Of a stretch of DNA of 64,000 nucleotides, positions 60,966 to 64,000 are shown piece after piece. The DNA is taken from NCBI GenBank assembly GCA_002269645.1, contig NIVC01000834.1, positions 62,001-126,000 of the forward strand, written 5' to 3'. Source of the stretch: Macrostomum lignano (taxonomy: Eukaryota). Under the pieces are notes generated by a model. That model was not told the DNA's origin, searched no databases, and saw only the letters and a list, made by a program, of their open reading frames with translations. The translations under genes and the position numbers were made by a program. How positions within the stretch are numbered: the stretch's first letter is position 1; the number at the start of each line of letters is the position of its first letter.

Positions 60966-61450
60966 CACCTGTCATCTTTTTACGACCCTGCGGGAACTGA
61001 TGGGATCTCTCGGTCACGCGATTCTGGGTAGCAACAAGCTTAGCCAATCAGAAAATTCGGCGCTCATTTTAACAAATCGGCTCAGCCAATCAGAATCAAC
61101 ATGTTCCATTATAACAAACTGCGGTCCAGTTGGCGGCTATTTAAACCGGTGTTTTTGGCCCGCTCGGACCTCAACCTCCTGGGACCTTAGCCTAGCTTGA
61201 GACATCCCGGAGCGCGACCGTCGTTTCTTGATCCCCGGATTGCGACTTCCCCCATCATCATCAAGGACGAATACCCCCGGTCATCAGCAACGAACATCAA
61301 AGTTAAGATCATCACCCGCTAGCTATCTGCGAAGACTGTGACAGCATCATCCCGAGTCTACAGCTACAGAGCATCAAGCCGATTCGGTCACTGTGGATTA
61401 CCTGGTCTCCGGCTGTTGAGTTTCTGATTGGTTGGGTGAGAGGCTACCTA
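60966..61450 (+). promoter_or_regulatory. LTR-like or Pol II promoter-like segment (two AGCCAATCAGAA CCAAT boxes, TATTTAAA box)
   Basis: CCAAT motifs at ~61043 and ~61084, TATA-like motif at ~61138. Starts with TGTCA. No partner LTR found in the window. Confidence 0.3.
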
Positions 61451-64000
61451 GACTTGCTTGATTGGGTGATCCCCTATCTGTCCCCTGTTTCAGTAGCTGG
61501 AGTAGGCGCACACTTTTGCTCATTTTGTTCAGCAGTGCTGTTATCGAGGCAGAAATCACTTAATAATACTGCTAGTAGTCTGAAACTCCAGTTCAATCTG
61601 AAGTGTGAAGTGATCTAAGGAGAAGGTTCAGTCGATCAATCAATCAAATTAGTGAGCAAAACTGCCAGAAGTGCAGAATCGGCGCCAGAGATGTACTTTG
61701 TGCACTCTAGGTTAGCCAAGCGGCTCGGGTAATGAATCATGCGGTCTCTGAAGTTCGAGTTAGTCTATCATCAGCGCTATGAGAGGCTGGTTGGCGCTTT
61801 AAAGGCCAAAAGTACATATCTTCGTGTTTAGCAATGTAATAGTACATGTAGCTACCCCATAGACTCGCCACTGCAAGAATCCCCTGCACAAGTCCCCTCT
61901 GTACCTGCATGGCCAATGCGATCTAGTCCCAGCAGTGTCCCTTACCATCGGCTATGACTTCGAGATTGACAGCAAAAAGACACTAGTTGGCAGGTAAGTG
62001 CAAAGCCCCTTCGTCGGAAGCCCGATTTCGAGAGTCCCGGTGTGGTGAGCCAGGACGTACGGGCTGGTGGCAGCGGGTTAGCTTAGTCTGCGGATTAGCT
62101 AATTTCTACCTTCAGAATACTCCCTGCTTGTCTCTCGCTGTCCCTCTCTTAGCTATAGGACCTAGACTGCTCGCCACACGATCAAGCTACCATGGGGCTG
62201 ACCATCTGACAGGAGTGGGGGGCCAGGTCTCTAATTGATTTATTTCTGAGCCTGAGGCCCGAAGGCTTCCCTAACAAGGAGCCCGAAGGTCGAAACCCAT
62301 CAATATTAAGATTTTAGTTTAGTCAATTGCTACTGTGCGTGAACTATTGCCTTAATAACCGTCAATAATAAGATCCAGCTCAACCGACCACTTAGTTACT
62401 CCGGCCAAGTTAATATTTGTGTGTGAAAACGGTGTCTTAGCCTTCGTGACCGCGGAAGCATTTATTTGACCCTTAGAGGTCTACTGAGAAGCGCTAGAGC
62501 GAACTCAAGCTAGTTTCAAGCTTAGAGCTTTTCCCGCGCACAATCGCGGTGGTGGCAGCGACCTACTACTATTAGTAAGACTCTCGACAACAATCTAGCT
62601 TATTTTGAAGTTCCCTTGAGTCGTATGCAGAAAGCTCTGTCTAGGGTAGTCCGGTCTTGAAAAGCTAGTCTGGACTTAGATTTGGTATGCAGAAACGCAA
62701 AGTTAGACCAGTCTACTATAGCAGAACTAGGCTAGCTAGACCATAGACTATAGACTGAACTACACAAGTCCGGACTAGCTAGTCTGGACTAGGCTTTCTG
62801 CATACGGCCCCTTATCGGCTACAAATCTCTGCATTCGGCCTTCTGAACGTCGGCACAACTAGACCGCTCAGCCGAGACCACAGCTACCCTCCCCCTGCGC
62901 CTGAGGAACTCAGCAGCGGAGCTCCCGTCATCTGCAAGCCGAGGTTTTCGTTTAAGTTTGTTTGAAACGTCGAAGCGCACCGATTCGAACGGCTGGGACA
63001 AACGAATTAAAACCCACGGCACAGAGCCTTTTTCTTTCAAACCCCCCCCCCCGACCCCAATTGAGCTAATTGCATGCAGTGGTTGCTCAGTGGTTTTGTG
63101 GTAGAATTTAAAATTTATAAATCAAATTATAAATCCTAATTCGCGGGAAATTAATCCACCTAAATCCTAGAAAAGCACGCGCGCAAAAACGGTCAGCACC
63201 AACGCCTCTTTTAATTTTCTGTTTCATGGAATGCTACACAACGTCACAAGGAAGAAAACAGACCACTTTATTTAAGATTAAGACAAGACACGAGCAGACA
63301 CAAACATGGATTATATGAATGAAATTAGCAGAAATATATCAGGCCTAAACTGAATTAAATTGTTGAAAAATTCGAATGCAGAATATTTTTATAAGGCTAC
63401 TTTTTCACTTTCAGTCAGTCCACATCATGGTCTTAGACTCTTAAACTATATAGAGAAAGCTCAGTAACACCCTCTGGCCTCTTTCAATTTCAGTGTTCAT
63501 GTTCACACAAGGCCTCCTAGGCCTAAACTATACATTATTTAAATTTAAATAAGTACCAACAAAACACCAAAATGACTTAATATTTAAGTGTAAAAATTAG
63601 GGCCTACATAAAATTCTACCAAATTGTTCTAATACTAAAGCTAAGTAAATTACTTTATTTGACTAGGCTTATGTCCATTATGCCTGGATGCCTATGCAGC
63701 TATGCTTAGGAGTTAGGCCTAGGCTAGACTAGTTCACTAGGCCATCTTTTTAATTTATATCCTAATATTAAATTATGTTTGGCTAAATTGGACTTATATT
63801 TTTATCCAACTAGATTACTAGAAATAGAAGCTAAGCTATTATCGTAGGGCTTAACTTCTGTCTTTATAAATAATTTCAAAATGCCACCAAAGTTGAAACA
63901 GGCCTTTTAGCTCTCTCTAGAAATCTAGTAAGTCACCAAAGTTGTGTTAGGGATTTGCTTCTATTTCTATAAATTGTCCTAAATGCTTTTAGAGTTATTA

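Noticed and set aside
62819-63040. 73-aa minus ORF as a possible terminal exon of a neighbouring gene
   Set aside because: No recognisable domain or linked exons within the window.

Overview
Eukaryotic (invertebrate animal) genomic DNA, not prokaryotic: GT-AG introns, large minisatellite arrays and DNA/LTR transposons. The very short introns, GC-rich exons in AT-rich background and repeat load resemble a free-living flatworm such as Macrostomum (inference only). Three signalling/sensory genes lie on the minus strand: an intronless DEG/ENaC channel (7017-8807), a 7-exon divergent TRPA-type channel (13254-20691, ~1470 aa) and a 7-exon G-alpha-s gene (31593-40503, 375 aa). On the plus strand, 43532-56124 holds a 14-exon gene for a secreted, very basic, Cys-rich protein. 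It is built from 20 four-cysteine modules arranged as a higher-order (D-A-B-C)x5 repeat on phase-1 symmetric exons, and its Cys spacing resembles the midkine/pleiotrophin C-terminal (TSR-like) domain. This is the most novel-looking feature. One of its introns carries a complete, very young Ty3/Gypsy element (identical 196-bp LTRs, AAGC TSD, -1 frameshift signal). The rest is satellites (16, 20, 22, 26, 30, 32 bp units), nested MITEs with 8-bp TSDs and decayed Gypsy/Harbinger fragments. All gene models were spliced by hand from sequence and lack transcript support.
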